Shown here in pieces: positions 26,830 through 37,358 of a stretch of DNA of 64,000 bases. The notes beneath the pieces were generated by a model, which saw nothing but the letters and a program-made list of their open reading frames with translations, searched no databases and was not told the origin of the DNA. This stretch comes from an uncultured Poribacteria bacterium (GTDB lineage: Bacteria; Poribacteria; WGA-4E; WGA-3G). Numbering within the stretch: position 1 is the first letter of the stretch; each line of letters begins with the position of its first letter. Position numbers and translations under genes: made by a program. The stretch is taken from assembly GCA_958296135.2 (NCBI GenBank), contig CATQHZ020000001.1:3616001-3680000 (forward strand), written 5' to 3'.

Positions 26830-29602
26830 GTTTCAATCTCGTCATCGAGAGGCTTTTCAGTTCAGGTCCAAAAGATTCTAATGGAAATCCTATTGGAGAT
26901 TGGTTTCAATCTCGTTATCGAGAGGCTTTTCAGTTCAGGACGCACGGACGGCGGCGTGATAAGACAGAGACTGTCAAGTTTCAATCTCGTCATCGAGAGG
27001 CTTTTCAGTTCAGGTTTGATCCTGGGACAGACACGAAGTTTTCAACATAGTTTCAATCTCGTTATCGAGAGGCTTTTCAGTTCAGGGAGGCCAAAATTCA
27101 TCAGGGGTTCGATGAAGGGAAGTTTCAATCTCGTTATCGAGAGGCTTTTCAGTTCAGGCCGCAAGAAATGCGTCATCGGTAGTGGATACGGGCCGTTTCA
27201 ATCTCGTTATCGAGAGGCTTTTCAGTTCAGGCTTAACCGACCGAGACAGCACTGTCTTTTTTCAATTGAGTTTCAATCTCGTTATCGAGAGGCTTTTCAG
27301 TTTAGGAAAAGCAGTTGATTTTGTCAACCGATGCCGCCCAGCTCGTTTCAATCTCGTTATCGAGAGGCTTTTCAGTTCAGGGAAGAAAGGCACCTCATAT
27401 ACCTCATCAGGCATGCTTGGTTTCAATCTCGTTATCGAGAGGCTTTTCAGTTCAGGGCAAAAGAGGTTGAGGATACCTACGAGGCATACACGTTTCAATC
27501 TCGTTATCGAGAGGCTTTTCAGTTCAGGCTTAGAAATCCCTTGAGCTGGCCGGCGACTTTCGTGTTTCAATCTCGTTATCGAGAGGCTTTTCAGTTCAGG
27601 TCCATACAGAAAAGTTGCGGTTACACAGCCGCGGTAAAGTTTCAATCTCGTTATCGAGAGGCTTTTCATTTCAGGAGCGGCGGCACAGAATGCCGTGACG
27701 GTGGCGCATTTCGTTTCAATCTCGTTATCGAGAGGCTTTTCATTTCAGGTTCAAGTGAACCAGGAGAACTTGATTCTTCATCCAGTTTCAATCTCGTTAT
27801 CGAGAGGCTTTTCATTTCAGGTCAAATTCGCGTTGCAACCGCGTTTGTGCGTTTTACGTTTCAATCTCGTTATCGAGAGGCTTTTCATTTCAGGTTCTGC
27901 ATCGGCGGAGGCGCGTATACGAGCCTATCTTAACGTTTCAATCTCGTTATCGAGAGGCTTTTCATTTCAGGTTCGAACGCGGGGTTGAGCGAGGAAACAA
28001 ATAATGGTTTCAATCTCGTTATCGAGAGGCTTTTCATTTCAGGGGTGAACCGTGTGTGAGCATCAAGGTGCCCGGGTCAAGTTTCAATCTCGTTATCGAG
28101 AGGCTTTTCATTTCAGGTTGCAAGCGCGATTGATTTTCAAAAAGCGTTATGAACTCTGTTTCAATCTCGTTATCGAGAGGCTTTTCATTTCAGGTCGCAT
28201 TGTTTCGACAGGTCTGTGACCTGATTTTCCAATGGTTTCAATCTCGTTATCGAGAGGCTTTTCAGTTCAGGTCCGCAAGTTTTTCACCTGCGGGTCCGCT
28301 GACGCGAGTTTCAATCTCGTTATCGAGAGGCTTTTCAGTTCAGGGCTGGTAAAGAACAAGTGGACGGGCAAGGTATTTCCGTTTCAATCTCGTTATCGAG
28401 AGGCTTTTCATTTCAGGCAATATGGTTGCTTCGATGACCTGGATGAGTAATCGTTTCAATCTCGTTATCGAGAGGCTTTTCAGTTCAGGGAACAGCTTGA
28501 GGCGGCTCAGGCACTGAACGAAGAGTACAAGTTTCAATCTCGTTATCGAGAGGCTTTTCAGTTCAGTTGAATGAGACCGAGAAGAAAAACAGACGCGTAA
28601 ATTGGTTTCAATCTCGTTATCGAGAGGCTTTTCAGTTCAGGTCCGCAACTCCAGCGAATGGCGGACGGCGGTAGAGAACGTTTCAATCTCGTTATCGAGA
28701 GGCTTTTCATTTCAGGATGAAGAGTATATCGCCTTCACCTTGCCGTTTGAGGAAGTTTCAATCTCGTTATCGAGAGGCTTTTCATTTCAGGAGCCGCCGC
28801 TGCGGAGTTAGGGATGCTAGACTTGCAGTTTCAATCTCGTTATCGAGAGGCTTTTCATTTCAGGGCGGCGGTAAAAATCCGCTCGCATCTTTTATCTACC
28901 CTTGTTTCAATCTCGTTATCGAGAGGCTTTTCATTTCAGGTCGATGTCGTAGATTTTCGTGTCGTTGTCGTGTGTTTTGTTTCAATCTCGTTATCGAGAG
29001 GCTTTTCATTTCAGGTCGCCATTCGCCTGGCGGAGGCGGATTCGCCCAACGTTTCAATCTCGTTATCGAGAGGCTTTTCATTTCAGGGCAACCTGTTTTG
29101 AATTGGCGGCGGTGACGCGCATTGTTTCAATCTCGTTATCGAGAGGCTTTTCATTTCAGGGTAAAGCCCGGCCGAAACGAATAACTATCTGTATCAGTTT
29201 CAATCTCGTTATCGAGAGGCTTTTCAGTTCAGGGAAAAATCCTCCATTGAACCTTAGACAGGCAGAAGCGTTTCAATCTCGTTATCGAGAGGCTTTTCAT
29301 TTCAGGGATGCAAGCGTGCTTGTCTTCAATGTCAATCGCGAGGTTTCAATCTCGTTATCGAGAGGCTTTTCATTTCAGGAAAGAAACCCGCTGGAACCTA
29401 CCGGGACTCATCCGAGTTTCAATCTCGTTATCGAGAGGCTTTTCATTTCAGGTCTTGTCGACCCATCGTCCCACTGGATGACAGGGTTAAAGTTTCAATC
29501 TCGTTATCGAGAGGCTTTTCATTTCAGGCTGGGTCCCGATAGGCGCGGGGCAGACGTTCACATACGTTTCAATCTCGTTATCGAGAGGCTTTTCATTTCA
29601 GG
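26830..29602 (-). CRISPR. Type I-D CRISPR array, 38 repeats and 37 spacers (hand count)
   Basis: 37-nt repeat GTTTCAATCTCGTTATCGAGAGGCTTTTCA(G/T)TTCAGG with unique ~35-41-nt spacers. The minus-strand repeat ends in ATTGAAAC; the leader faces cas2. Confidence 0.97.
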
Positions 29603-29842
29603 TCCGTGCCTGCGGAGCCGCTGACGTGCCCTGCCTGAACGCCCGCATTTCTGCCAGCGCGCAATTTTAACATAACGGTGCATGCTAACTGCCGGTGCAA
29701 AAATTCTGTCCAGCCAAGACACATAAGGCCCAATCCCTCGTCTGCCAGGGAGACAGGAATGCCGGTCCCCTTTCCCTGACAGATTTTTCCTGAAAACTGA
29801 ATTTCATCAATTCATTTTACACTATATACGAGTTTTTGTCAA
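29603..29842 (-). promoter_or_regulatory. CRISPR leader and promoter
   Basis: Minus-strand TTGACA (29842-29837)-17nt-TAAAAT (29819-29814) overlapping the last cas2 codons and pointing into the array. Confidence 0.75.
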
Positions 29843-30089
29843 GTCCTTTTTTCAGACCGAGGCGGTGAATCTGCTTTTCGCAGGCCGCGCAGAGATGATA
29901 AAACGTCACGGTATCCTCTCCCAGGTCGATTTCCGCTTCCAGCCGATGTTGCAACCGGAGGAACGCGCGCCGGTCGGTGTTGCATTCAAAGATGCTGTAT
30001 TGGACGCGCGTGCCAAAGTCCTGAAGGATTTTGGCGACTTTGGCACGGCGTTTGTCATCGGTGATGTCGTAAGCGACAGTGTAAAGCAT
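29817..30089 (-). CDS. cas2: CRISPR-associated Cas2
   Basis: VAYDITDDKRR, GTRVQYSIFE, 90 aa. Confidence 0.95.
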   Translation of the reverse strand: MLYTVAYDITDDKRRAKVAKILQDFGTRVQYSIFECNTDRRAFLRLQHRLEAEIDLGEDTVTFYHLCAACEKQIHRLGLKKGLDKNSYIV

Positions 30090-30091
30090 GA

Positions 30092-30266
30092 TTGCTCCTT
30101 TCGGTATCGGGACAAGGATGTCACGCCTACCGGGGTTTTATTCGAGACCGGGAGGGCTCTCCTACCGCTGTCTCATCGGGACCGGGAGGTTGCTCCTTTC
30201 GGTATCAGGACAGGGATGTCACGCCTACCGGGGTTTTATTCGAGACCGGGAGGTCTCTCCTACCGG
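30092..30266. repeat. Tandem duplication (~98-nt period) of REP-like elements between cas1 and cas2
   Basis: TTGCTCCTTTCGGTATC.GGACA.GGATGTCACGCCTACCGGGGTTTTATTCGAGACCGGGAGG..TCTCCTACCG at 30092 and 30190; the duplication includes the cas2 RBS. Confidence 0.85.
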
Positions 30267-31897
30267 ACGGTGAGCGGCGTGTATGCGTCGATTTCGTCTG
30301 TCAGGTATTTCGCGAGCAAGCGCGCCTGTAATTCCATCGCGCGGCGGAAACTGAGTTTATATTTAAACACGGGATGCGTGAACGTCTCATTTTTCCGCGT
30401 CTCGTAAGCGGCGTAAAACTTCTTCCGGGCATTCGGTTTGAGATACCACCCCCCGTGGTTTTGCTCAAAATCGTCCGGCGTGAGCTGCCGGGTGTTGATC
30501 AGGGTGATGACAACGGAGTCAGCGATGATGGGGCGAAATTCCTCCATCAGATCCAAGGCGAGGCACGGCTTCCCGTATTTCAGTTGGTGGAAGAAACCGA
30601 TATACGGGTCCATCCCGACTATCTGGATTGCGGCCATCATGTCCGCTGTCAGCAGCGAGTAGGCGAAGCTGAGGAGAGCATTCGTCGCGTCTGCAGGAGG
30701 CCTCCGGCTCCGGCGTTGGAAATCAAACCCCATCTCCGATTTGAGCATAAAGGCGAAGGAGCGGAAATACTCGCCGGAAGCGTTGCCTTCCATTCCGAGC
30801 AGTTGCGTGAGGGCTTCGGCGTGGGGTACGCGTTTTTGCATACCGTGCATCGCCTGAATGCTTGCAAGTAAAGGCGCGAGCGCGTCCTCGGTGCCTTTTT
30901 CGGCGCGCCATTTGCGGCGTTGGAGCATCGTGCGCATGTTCCAGATTTTCCCGTGCACGAACGCTTTGGAGAGCGCGAGGCACTTCTCGGCGTTATCGGC
31001 GACACGGTGTTGCGCACGGCGCAAAAGCGAATTGCGGGAAACTTGCGGTGTCAGCGCGCCGTGATACCGCCCGTATGCAGAGAGAAACACCACCGGGATG
31101 CCTTCGTGTAAGAGCGTCTGCATTGCCGGTGTCGTCAAATTCACGTTACCAGAGATGACGACTTGTCCGAGGTGAATGAGCGGAATATCGCGGATTATCT
31201 CGTTTTCTTTCGCCACAAGGATGCGTTCGCCTGTCTTCTTGATAGCGCATCCCGGTTCATCAACGTAGAGGACATTATCAATGCCCAGTGCCGGCTTGAT
31301 GCGTTTCGGACGTTCATCTAATTCGTGGAGGTAAGCCACTTCGTCGGGCAGGCAGACCGGGCGCATGCTACATCCATTGCACCGGTTATCATGGACAGGT
31401 TTCGGAATCTTGCGGGATTCCTGCAGGGCGCGTGCCTCGTTCAGATAGCGGCGCGTCGTTTCGCGGAGTCCTGCGTCAAACGGCACTTTGCGCCGACGCT
31501 TGGAACCGATGTAGAAGATATAGCCGTGCGGAATGGATACGCCGGTTTTCTCTTCTAGGAGCATCCCCTGCAGACAGAGTTGCACCTGGTCATTGAGCCA
31601 ATTCCCCATCCCCGCCTTTTTGAATTCAACCGGGTAGGGCACGCCATCTTTCTCCTCAACCAGGTCTGTGTATCCCGAAACGCCGAGGGTATCAGAGGCG
31701 AGGTATTGCCGCCGCGAGAGAGTCTTGTCGCCCTTGCGTCGATTCCTCACCTCGGTGTGAACATGCTCGTGCTTAATTTTGCCCTCCTCAACGTGCGCGT
31801 TGATAATTTGATGCCCCTCCACCGATTCGTAGTAGAACCGTCGAGGACAGAAAACGTAGGTGTTGATTTGTGAGAGCGGAATGTAGGTTTCGGACAC
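30260..31897 (-). CDS. cas1: Cas4-Cas1 fusion
   Basis: Cas4 motifs (FCPRR, DLVEE..PVEFK, Q..LQ, C..C....C) fused to Cas1 motifs (LLGMEG, NALLSFAY, GFFH, LALDLMEEFRP). GTG 31897 after AAGGAG. Confidence 0.93.
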   Translation of the reverse strand: MSETYIPLSQINTYVFCPRRFYYESVEGHQIINAHVEEGKIKHEHVHTEVRNRRKGDKTLSRRQYLASDTLGVSGYTDLVEEKDGVPYPVEFKKAGMGNWLNDQVQLCLQGMLLEEKTGVSIPHGYIFYIGSKRRRKVPFDAGLRETTRRYLNEARALQESRKIPKPVHDNRCNGCSMRPVCLPDEVAYLHELDERPKRIKPALGIDNVLYVDEPGCAIKKTGERILVAKENEIIRDIPLIHLGQVVISGNVNLTTPAMQTLLHEGIPVVFLSAYGRYHGALTPQVSRNSLLRRAQHRVADNAEKCLALSKAFVHGKIWNMRTMLQRRKWRAEKGTEDALAPLLASIQAMHGMQKRVPHAEALTQLLGMEGNASGEYFRSFAFMLKSEMGFDFQRRSRRPPADATNALLSFAYSLLTADMMAAIQIVGMDPYIGFFHQLKYGKPCLALDLMEEFRPIIADSVVITLINTRQLTPDDFEQNHGGWYLKPNARKKFYAAYETRKNETFTHPVFKYKLSFRRAMELQARLLAKYLTDEIDAYTPLTVR

Positions 31898-31949
31898 GGT
31901 TATCTCCTTTTCTGTTGCACGGGCGGATATGGACATCCGCCCTTACCGT

Positions 31950-32792
31950 TCAATTGGGCTTGCGAAAGCGTTTGGTTTGTCCCATCCCCATCGTTGTTTT
32001 GTAGCCGGTGCCGCAGTAGAAGGCGAAATCGGCTAAACAGTTGGCAATCAGCATGTGCCGAAACTCTTGCGCGTCATCGGAGTCCAGGCGACAGGTGCAG
32101 TGTCCTACCCATCCGATTTCGGTGTGCCGTCCGAAGTTGAGCGCACGGGTTTTGGTCTCGGCTTGCGCTAGGCGCGCGTGTTCGGCAATGAACGCGAGGA
32201 ATTCCGTTTTCTCCAATTTGACGGGTGCGAAAGCGTTCCATTTGTTTATCCAGCTCTGATAACACCGCACCAGATCGATTTGGGTATGGTTATGCGTCTT
32301 TTGCCCGCGGGGTGTCATTGTCCGGAAGGCGGTTGGTGAATAGAAGCGGAGTCGGATGTGGGTATCGTCCTTTGCGTTCTGGATAAGTTGCGCGTAAGTG
32401 GCGTTACCGCTCCACTTTTCCGATGCTGACGCGTGCGCCACCCACTTTTTAACCTGAAACGTTGCGTTGCCCAACTGAATCGGCGGGATAGTGAGCGTCA
32501 AGAAAGCGACACCGAAGTGCGCGAAGAGTTCGTCATTGAGGAACGTGAATCGGAGTCTACATTCAGTGCCAGCGCGGATACGGAGTTGATTTTTTCCGCG
32601 TGGGGTGCCTTTCGCGACCAGCGGCGAAACGGTGAAAGGCTTCTGAGTGGCCGGTGCGTGGAGTTCTTCGGCGAGTTCGCGGTTAGTTTCTCTCATGATG
32701 GAGAGGAAAGCGGCGTGTGCGTGGTGTCCCATTGTTGGGCGTAGCGTCACGTCGGTTTCTGGGATGAGTGAGAGGACGGTGCTGATTGGCAT
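31950..32792 (-). CDS. cas6: CRISPR endoribonuclease Cas6
   Basis: KPFTVSPL, FYSPTAFR and the G-rich loop YCGTGYKTTMGMG. Confidence 0.93.
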   Translation of the reverse strand: MPISTVLSLIPETDVTLRPTMGHHAHAAFLSIMRETNRELAEELHAPATQKPFTVSPLVAKGTPRGKNQLRIRAGTECRLRFTFLNDELFAHFGVAFLTLTIPPIQLGNATFQVKKWVAHASASEKWSGNATYAQLIQNAKDDTHIRLRFYSPTAFRTMTPRGQKTHNHTQIDLVRCYQSWINKWNAFAPVKLEKTEFLAFIAEHARLAQAETKTRALNFGRHTEIGWVGHCTCRLDSDDAQEFRHMLIANCLADFAFYCGTGYKTTMGMGQTKRFRKPN

Positions 32793-32812
32793 GGAATTTA
32801 CCTCCTACGGGT

Positions 32813-35125
32813 TTACGGTTGTTGCTTCTCCTTCCATTTTCCTTGCAACTCTGCATGGATAAGGAATGCCCGCGCCCCGAGGATGAGCTGATAGTCTTTC
32901 CGTCGTCCATCCGCGAAGGTTACGCGCAATGGATAGGTAACTTGTCGCTTCGTCTCAAGAATGCTGTTGAGGACAGCGCGATTCTCCATCTTTGACAGCA
33001 AGCAGGTGAGATACCGTTTTGCCAGAATATCTTGGATTTCTAAGGGAACATATCCGTTTCTGGTTAATCCCAACCGCAATCCTTTCAGTGCGGTAGCCCC
33101 CCAACAATGTTCCTTTTCAAAAGATTCCCGATCAGCTCCTCTTGCATCGTATTCAAATTGGACGCGATCCGGTGGGTTTTTGAAATCGCGAACGTGCACG
33201 AAGAATTCGCAGAAATTTCCCCAATCGCCTGTGCGTTTGTAATACTCGTTCTTCTCTAGGAAGGTGAATGCGCAGTGTTCCAAGATATGAAAAAGATCGT
33301 ACTCAGTATGCTCGGCGGTGTTTTGAAAGAGATGGCTCGGGTCGTAGATACCGCACCGAATCCCTATCTCCGAACTCCGAAAGTTGAAGAGCGACTGGAT
33401 CGGGTAAAATTTCTGTTTCGCGTATTCAACGACTTGTTTTCGGTTGGCGGGGCGTTTGAGGAAACCTTTGATTGCCTCGTTCAATTGTGCAGGTGGAACA
33501 GCCCGGAACTCTTCCAATTTTCCCCGGAGCCAACTCTGATGTTCCCAATAACTCCACGTTGCTTTTTCTTGTGCCTGTTGAATGAAATCGTCGTAAGCGT
33601 TCTGAGGATGCGCTTCAATGACCTTTTCGTAAGTGAAATGCCACCGTAACTTCTTCGCGAGTTCGTCAAACGTGACATCACTCTCTGGCACAAAGACTTC
33701 CTTCAGTGTGTCAAAAATTTCACGGACGCGCCCTTGGTGCTCTTCCGAGGTTCGCTTGAAATGCTCATAGAGCGGGTAGAACGCTTCCAAGATAGCATAG
33801 GACTGGACGTAGTGGTAAAAACGGTTGTCCTCGCCCAGCGCATCTTTAACGATTTGGGCAAACTCTCTCCGTTCGTAACTTGCACCTGCATCCAGTTGTG
33901 AGTAAAGCTTGCCTTGGACAAAGGCGTGGCCGATGCTCAGGTGACTGGTGTCAGGTTTGCCCAGTAACCGGCCGGCTCTGCCGACGCGTTGGGTAAACTC
34001 AGAGCCATAGAGCGCGTCAAAGCAGACGAAATCGATGTTTTGGCGCGATTTTCCTGCTTTGGTGAAGTTGTATCCGATGTCCACGGTCGGAGTTGCGAGC
34101 ACGCACGGAAAACGCTTTGTCGCGTCACGACGTTCTTTAGTGCTAACAGCCCCCGTGATTAAACCGAGTTTTTCGCGAAGACCTCCGTGTTGAAGAACCT
34201 GCTTAATGTCATTAATAGTTCGGAGAGAACTACTGATGATGGCCCCTTCCATGTCTGCATCAAGCAAGTCCCGGATGTGCTCAGGGTGTGCCTTGAGGGC
34301 ATCGTGCATCTTGTTACTGTGCACCGTCAATTCAAGCGCAGAGAGCGTCTGTATCTTCTCATAAGTGCTGCTCTCCTCAGGCTCGTTGTCAGGACTGACA
34401 AGCGCATAGGTGAGCCGAATCTTTTCAAGATAGGTGAGCACCTTCTCATCAGGGGTGGCCGAAAGCAGGCAGATTTTCCGTCCTCTATCAAAGTAGCCGT
34501 ACTCTTTTGACAGCATGAAAAACATGAGAAAATTGGCGAACTGCTTGGCGTTGTAGTAGTGAAACTCGTCAATGACGACGTAGTCAAATCCGCGTAAAAA
34601 ATCGCCGAAAAGGTTCGCCCTATCCAATCGCGAATAGACAGCGTAGAAGCACAAATAAAACAAATCCGGATTTGTGACGAGGATGAGCGGCGTTCGCTGC
34701 CTCAATTTGGGAAAGTAGTCACGCGGGTTTTGGACGAGTTCGTGCAACTTTCTGGCATTTCGCACACGGTAACCCGGGTCGTCAACTACCTCCCACTCCC
34801 GCAACTTCTCTCCCGTGACTTCGGCGACGACGAAATTCAGTCCGTGTTCCGTAACAAACTCGCGAATGTCACCCGCATGCTGGTGGATGAGTTCGTTCGT
34901 TGGAGCAATGAACAAAACGTTTTTGTCTACGAGATCGAACAAGCGGAGCAACGAGGCGCGAGTTTTGCCCGTGCCCGTGTTGTAGGTATTAATGACGAGC
35001 TCGTTCGTCTTGAGAGCATCGTAAGTCCGCTGTTGATGGTAGAGCGGCGGATGCCTAAAGTCAAATTGGTTCGTCGGGTTAATTTTTTCATACCCGGCAT
35101 TTAGGGTGACAGTTATCTCAGGCAT
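32813..35125 (-). CDS. cas3: Type I-D Cas3' helicase (no HD domain)
   Basis: TGTGKT, DEFH, SAT, ATPTVDIG, QRVGRAGR. Confidence 0.92.
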   Translation of the reverse strand: MPEITVTLNAGYEKINPTNQFDFRHPPLYHQQRTYDALKTNELVINTYNTGTGKTRASLLRLFDLVDKNVLFIAPTNELIHQHAGDIREFVTEHGLNFVVAEVTGEKLREWEVVDDPGYRVRNARKLHELVQNPRDYFPKLRQRTPLILVTNPDLFYLCFYAVYSRLDRANLFGDFLRGFDYVVIDEFHYYNAKQFANFLMFFMLSKEYGYFDRGRKICLLSATPDEKVLTYLEKIRLTYALVSPDNEPEESSTYEKIQTLSALELTVHSNKMHDALKAHPEHIRDLLDADMEGAIISSSLRTINDIKQVLQHGGLREKLGLITGAVSTKERRDATKRFPCVLATPTVDIGYNFTKAGKSRQNIDFVCFDALYGSEFTQRVGRAGRLLGKPDTSHLSIGHAFVQGKLYSQLDAGASYERREFAQIVKDALGEDNRFYHYVQSYAILEAFYPLYEHFKRTSEEHQGRVREIFDTLKEVFVPESDVTFDELAKKLRWHFTYEKVIEAHPQNAYDDFIQQAQEKATWSYWEHQSWLRGKLEEFRAVPPAQLNEAIKGFLKRPANRKQVVEYAKQKFYPIQSLFNFRSSEIGIRCGIYDPSHLFQNTAEHTEYDLFHILEHCAFTFLEKNEYYKRTGDWGNFCEFFVHVRDFKNPPDRVQFEYDARGADRESFEKEHCWGATALKGLRLGLTRNGYVPLEIQDILAKRYLTCLLSKMENRAVLNSILETKRQVTYPLRVTFADGRRKDYQLILGARAFLIHAELQGKWKEKQQP

Positions 35126-35213
35126 CGGGGTGCCTCCATAGAATTAGTAGGGTGTGCATTGCGCCACAATTTAGCAGCGCGATGCCTCCCCTACGGTAAA
35201 ACCGACAGTCAGT

Positions 35214-35930
35214 CTAAAAATCGGTATAAAACCGCATCCCTGCGGGTAATCGCGTTTTCGCATCATCCGCTAACTGATAGAAATCGCCTGACAACTGAAC
35301 CTGGCGAATGAGCGGTGTCGGACGAATATTGAGCAAATCGAACATGCCAATTTTCGTCTCCGGTGGCAGATCGTTCGGATTCAGATAATTGGGATAGGAC
35401 ACGTCTTCCGCCTGTGTTTCCCGATAGTGCTGTTTTCGGGCGGAGATTTTCGTCTTGCTCATGAATTTACCGAGGCGGACGTATCGCGGAATCCGGACTG
35501 TTTCTTGGCTTGTCACGTAGAAAACGCCCGTGTTTCCAATCGAGAGCAGTTTGAGCCGTCCAATCTGCGGAAAATTCGCCGCGCGTGCTTTCAATCGCTG
35601 GTTGAAAATGCGCCCCCGGTCCACCGAAATGGCGTTCTGCTCCATCTGATACCAATACGAGTCTGAAAGCGCGTTGAATTGCACCACCGTGAAGCGGGTT
35701 TTTCCAGTCAACGTCCCCGGCGTAATATAGATACCTGCTTCGTTGAGCTGCTCCAAATCTTCGGCATAAGTGATGTCGCCGCTGTTGTGATAACCCGCAT
35801 GACACAACCCGAGCGCGTAAGCGAGCGCGTAGTTACCGACAACCGGCTCGGTTTGGAAAAAGTTGTTTACCTCGCGACTCGCGAAAAAGAGGTTTTCCAT
35901 GAGTTGGAATTCGCAACGATAAATATGCAT
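35214..35930 (-). CDS. csc1: Type I-D Cas5 (Csc1)
   Basis: LFFASRE, NYALAYALG, IPRYVRLGKFMSK. Confidence 0.9.
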   Translation of the reverse strand: MHIYRCEFQLMENLFFASREVNNFFQTEPVVGNYALAYALGLCHAGYHNSGDITYAEDLEQLNEAGIYITPGTLTGKTRFTVVQFNALSDSYWYQMEQNAISVDRGRIFNQRLKARAANFPQIGRLKLLSIGNTGVFYVTSQETVRIPRYVRLGKFMSKTKISARKQHYRETQAEDVSYPNYLNPNDLPPETKIGMFDLLNIRPTPLIRQVQLSGDFYQLADDAKTRLPAGMRFYTDF

Positions 35931-35976
35931 GTGATACCTCCGGCGTTGGGTAGGCGGTGCCTACCCAACGTTTCAC

Positions 35977-36963
35977 TTACCCACGCGGGTAGAGCGCGGT
36001 AATTGCCTCCAGCAGTTCTTTCACGTCAGTTGGGGATGTGAATGTCTGCCGAATCTCACCGATGAGTTCGGTTAATTCTGCATCGGGGATAGGTTTTAGA
36101 GTGCCGATAACTTCGTTCCCCAAATCTGTCACGGCTCCGATGATTTTCGATTTAACCGTAGTCTCATCCAGCGGGAATTGCCGCCCATCTTCACCGAGCC
36201 GGTCGTAAACGGTCTGTGTCAACTCCAGATTGCTGAAAAGTTCACAGTCGCTAAAAATCGCTCCGACGATGGTGTTCCGCATTTTGCCCAGCCGTGACGA
36301 AATGGCCCCGTAGCGGCGGCTCCGCAGCACGTTCGCGATGACGTAGCGAATCTCGCTCGCAGTTAAATCCTTGAGCGTCTGCATGTCAATGAACAGCGTT
36401 TCCGGTTTGACATACTCGTCCTCTTGGATGCTGGAGGAGGGCTGTCCAGTGACAGGGTCCCGCATGGTATTGTTATCGTAAAGCGCGTTGAACGTCCGTT
36501 TTGCCGTCACCGTTTGGTAGGCCAGGACGCTGAACGCGTCGTCCGTTATCACGCGCGATTTCTGTGCGCCACCACCGCCGACAGCATAACCGTAAATCAT
36601 GCAGTCTGCGCAAATCCCACATGGCTTGTTTCGGTTCAAGGCACAGATGTTATCGTCACTTTCTTCGCGTTTTCCTTTGTTCTCTGCAGAGAACAGCAAG
36701 TTGTGCTGCCGCAAAATCTCGCGTCCGGTGCGGCGTTCAACGGCAGTCTGTTTACGCTTGCTAATCGTCACGCGAGAGATAATTTCCCGTTCTTGAAGTC
36801 CGGCGTGAACAGAATCGCGTGCCAGCCCCTCGCCGGAACCTTCCGTGCGGAAAATCATCTCGGATTCCGCCTTCCGCAGCACCACCAGTGTTAGGTAACG
36901 GCTCTGCGGGAAGTTTTCGTATTGCCCCACCATAAAGCCGGTGTAGTTGTCAAGAACACTCAT
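35977..36963 (-). CDS. csc2: Type I-D Cas7 (Csc2)
   Basis: IFRTEGSG, KRKQTAVERRTGRE, C..C.IYG, RYGAISSR.G. Confidence 0.92.
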   Translation of the reverse strand: MSVLDNYTGFMVGQYENFPQSRYLTLVVLRKAESEMIFRTEGSGEGLARDSVHAGLQEREIISRVTISKRKQTAVERRTGREILRQHNLLFSAENKGKREESDDNICALNRNKPCGICADCMIYGYAVGGGGAQKSRVITDDAFSVLAYQTVTAKRTFNALYDNNTMRDPVTGQPSSSIQEDEYVKPETLFIDMQTLKDLTASEIRYVIANVLRSRRYGAISSRLGKMRNTIVGAIFSDCELFSNLELTQTVYDRLGEDGRQFPLDETTVKSKIIGAVTDLGNEVIGTLKPIPDAELTELIGEIRQTFTSPTDVKELLEAITALYPRG

Positions 36964-37358
36964 GACTGTTGTTCCCCCTTCTCTTTGTCGCGCTTGGGAA
37001 TCATCTCCGTGATGAAGTAGAGATATCCGGCGCGGATCCGTCTACGGTTTTCAAGCAGCTCAAGCAGATTGCCATGGTAGACATTTTTGTAAATCTGATC
37101 GAACAGCACCGCGACGAACTGTGAAATGTTCTCCAACTTTTTCGCGCCGAAGAACTGCGTGTTGATGCGCTCAATGGCGCGGGCAACCTCTTTTGACATG
37201 ATGGCTCGCGCTTCCTCTTCGGTCTCGCGCTCAGGCTGCCACCGTTCCAGGCTGTCAAACGCCACATCAAGTGGTTTGGCGAGCGCATTGTCCTTGAGAC
37301 TGTCGCCTTTCAATCGTCCTTGCCACGCGATACGCGCGAGTTCCTTGATGTGAGGCAT
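36960..37358 (-). CDS. cas11d: Internal small subunit Cas11d (132 aa) nested in cas10d
   Basis: In-frame ATG (MPHIKELAR) preceded by AAAGGAGG-CGAACCGATT; internal Cas11 translation is established for type I-D. Confidence 0.75.
   Translation of the reverse strand: MPHIKELARIAWQGRLKGDSLKDNALAKPLDVAFDSLERWQPERETEEEARAIMSKEVARAIERINTQFFGAKKLENISQFVAVLFDQIYKNVYHGNLLELLENRRRIRAGYLYFITEMIPKRDKEKGEQQS

Noticed and set aside
26830-29602. Self-targeting or duplicated spacers
   Set aside because: No duplicate spacers or matches within the window were noticed by eye; a BLAST search would be needed to exclude them.
26820-29624. Repetitive ORFs (FNLVIERLFSSG, FQSRYREAF)
   Set aside because: Translations of CRISPR repeats, not proteins.
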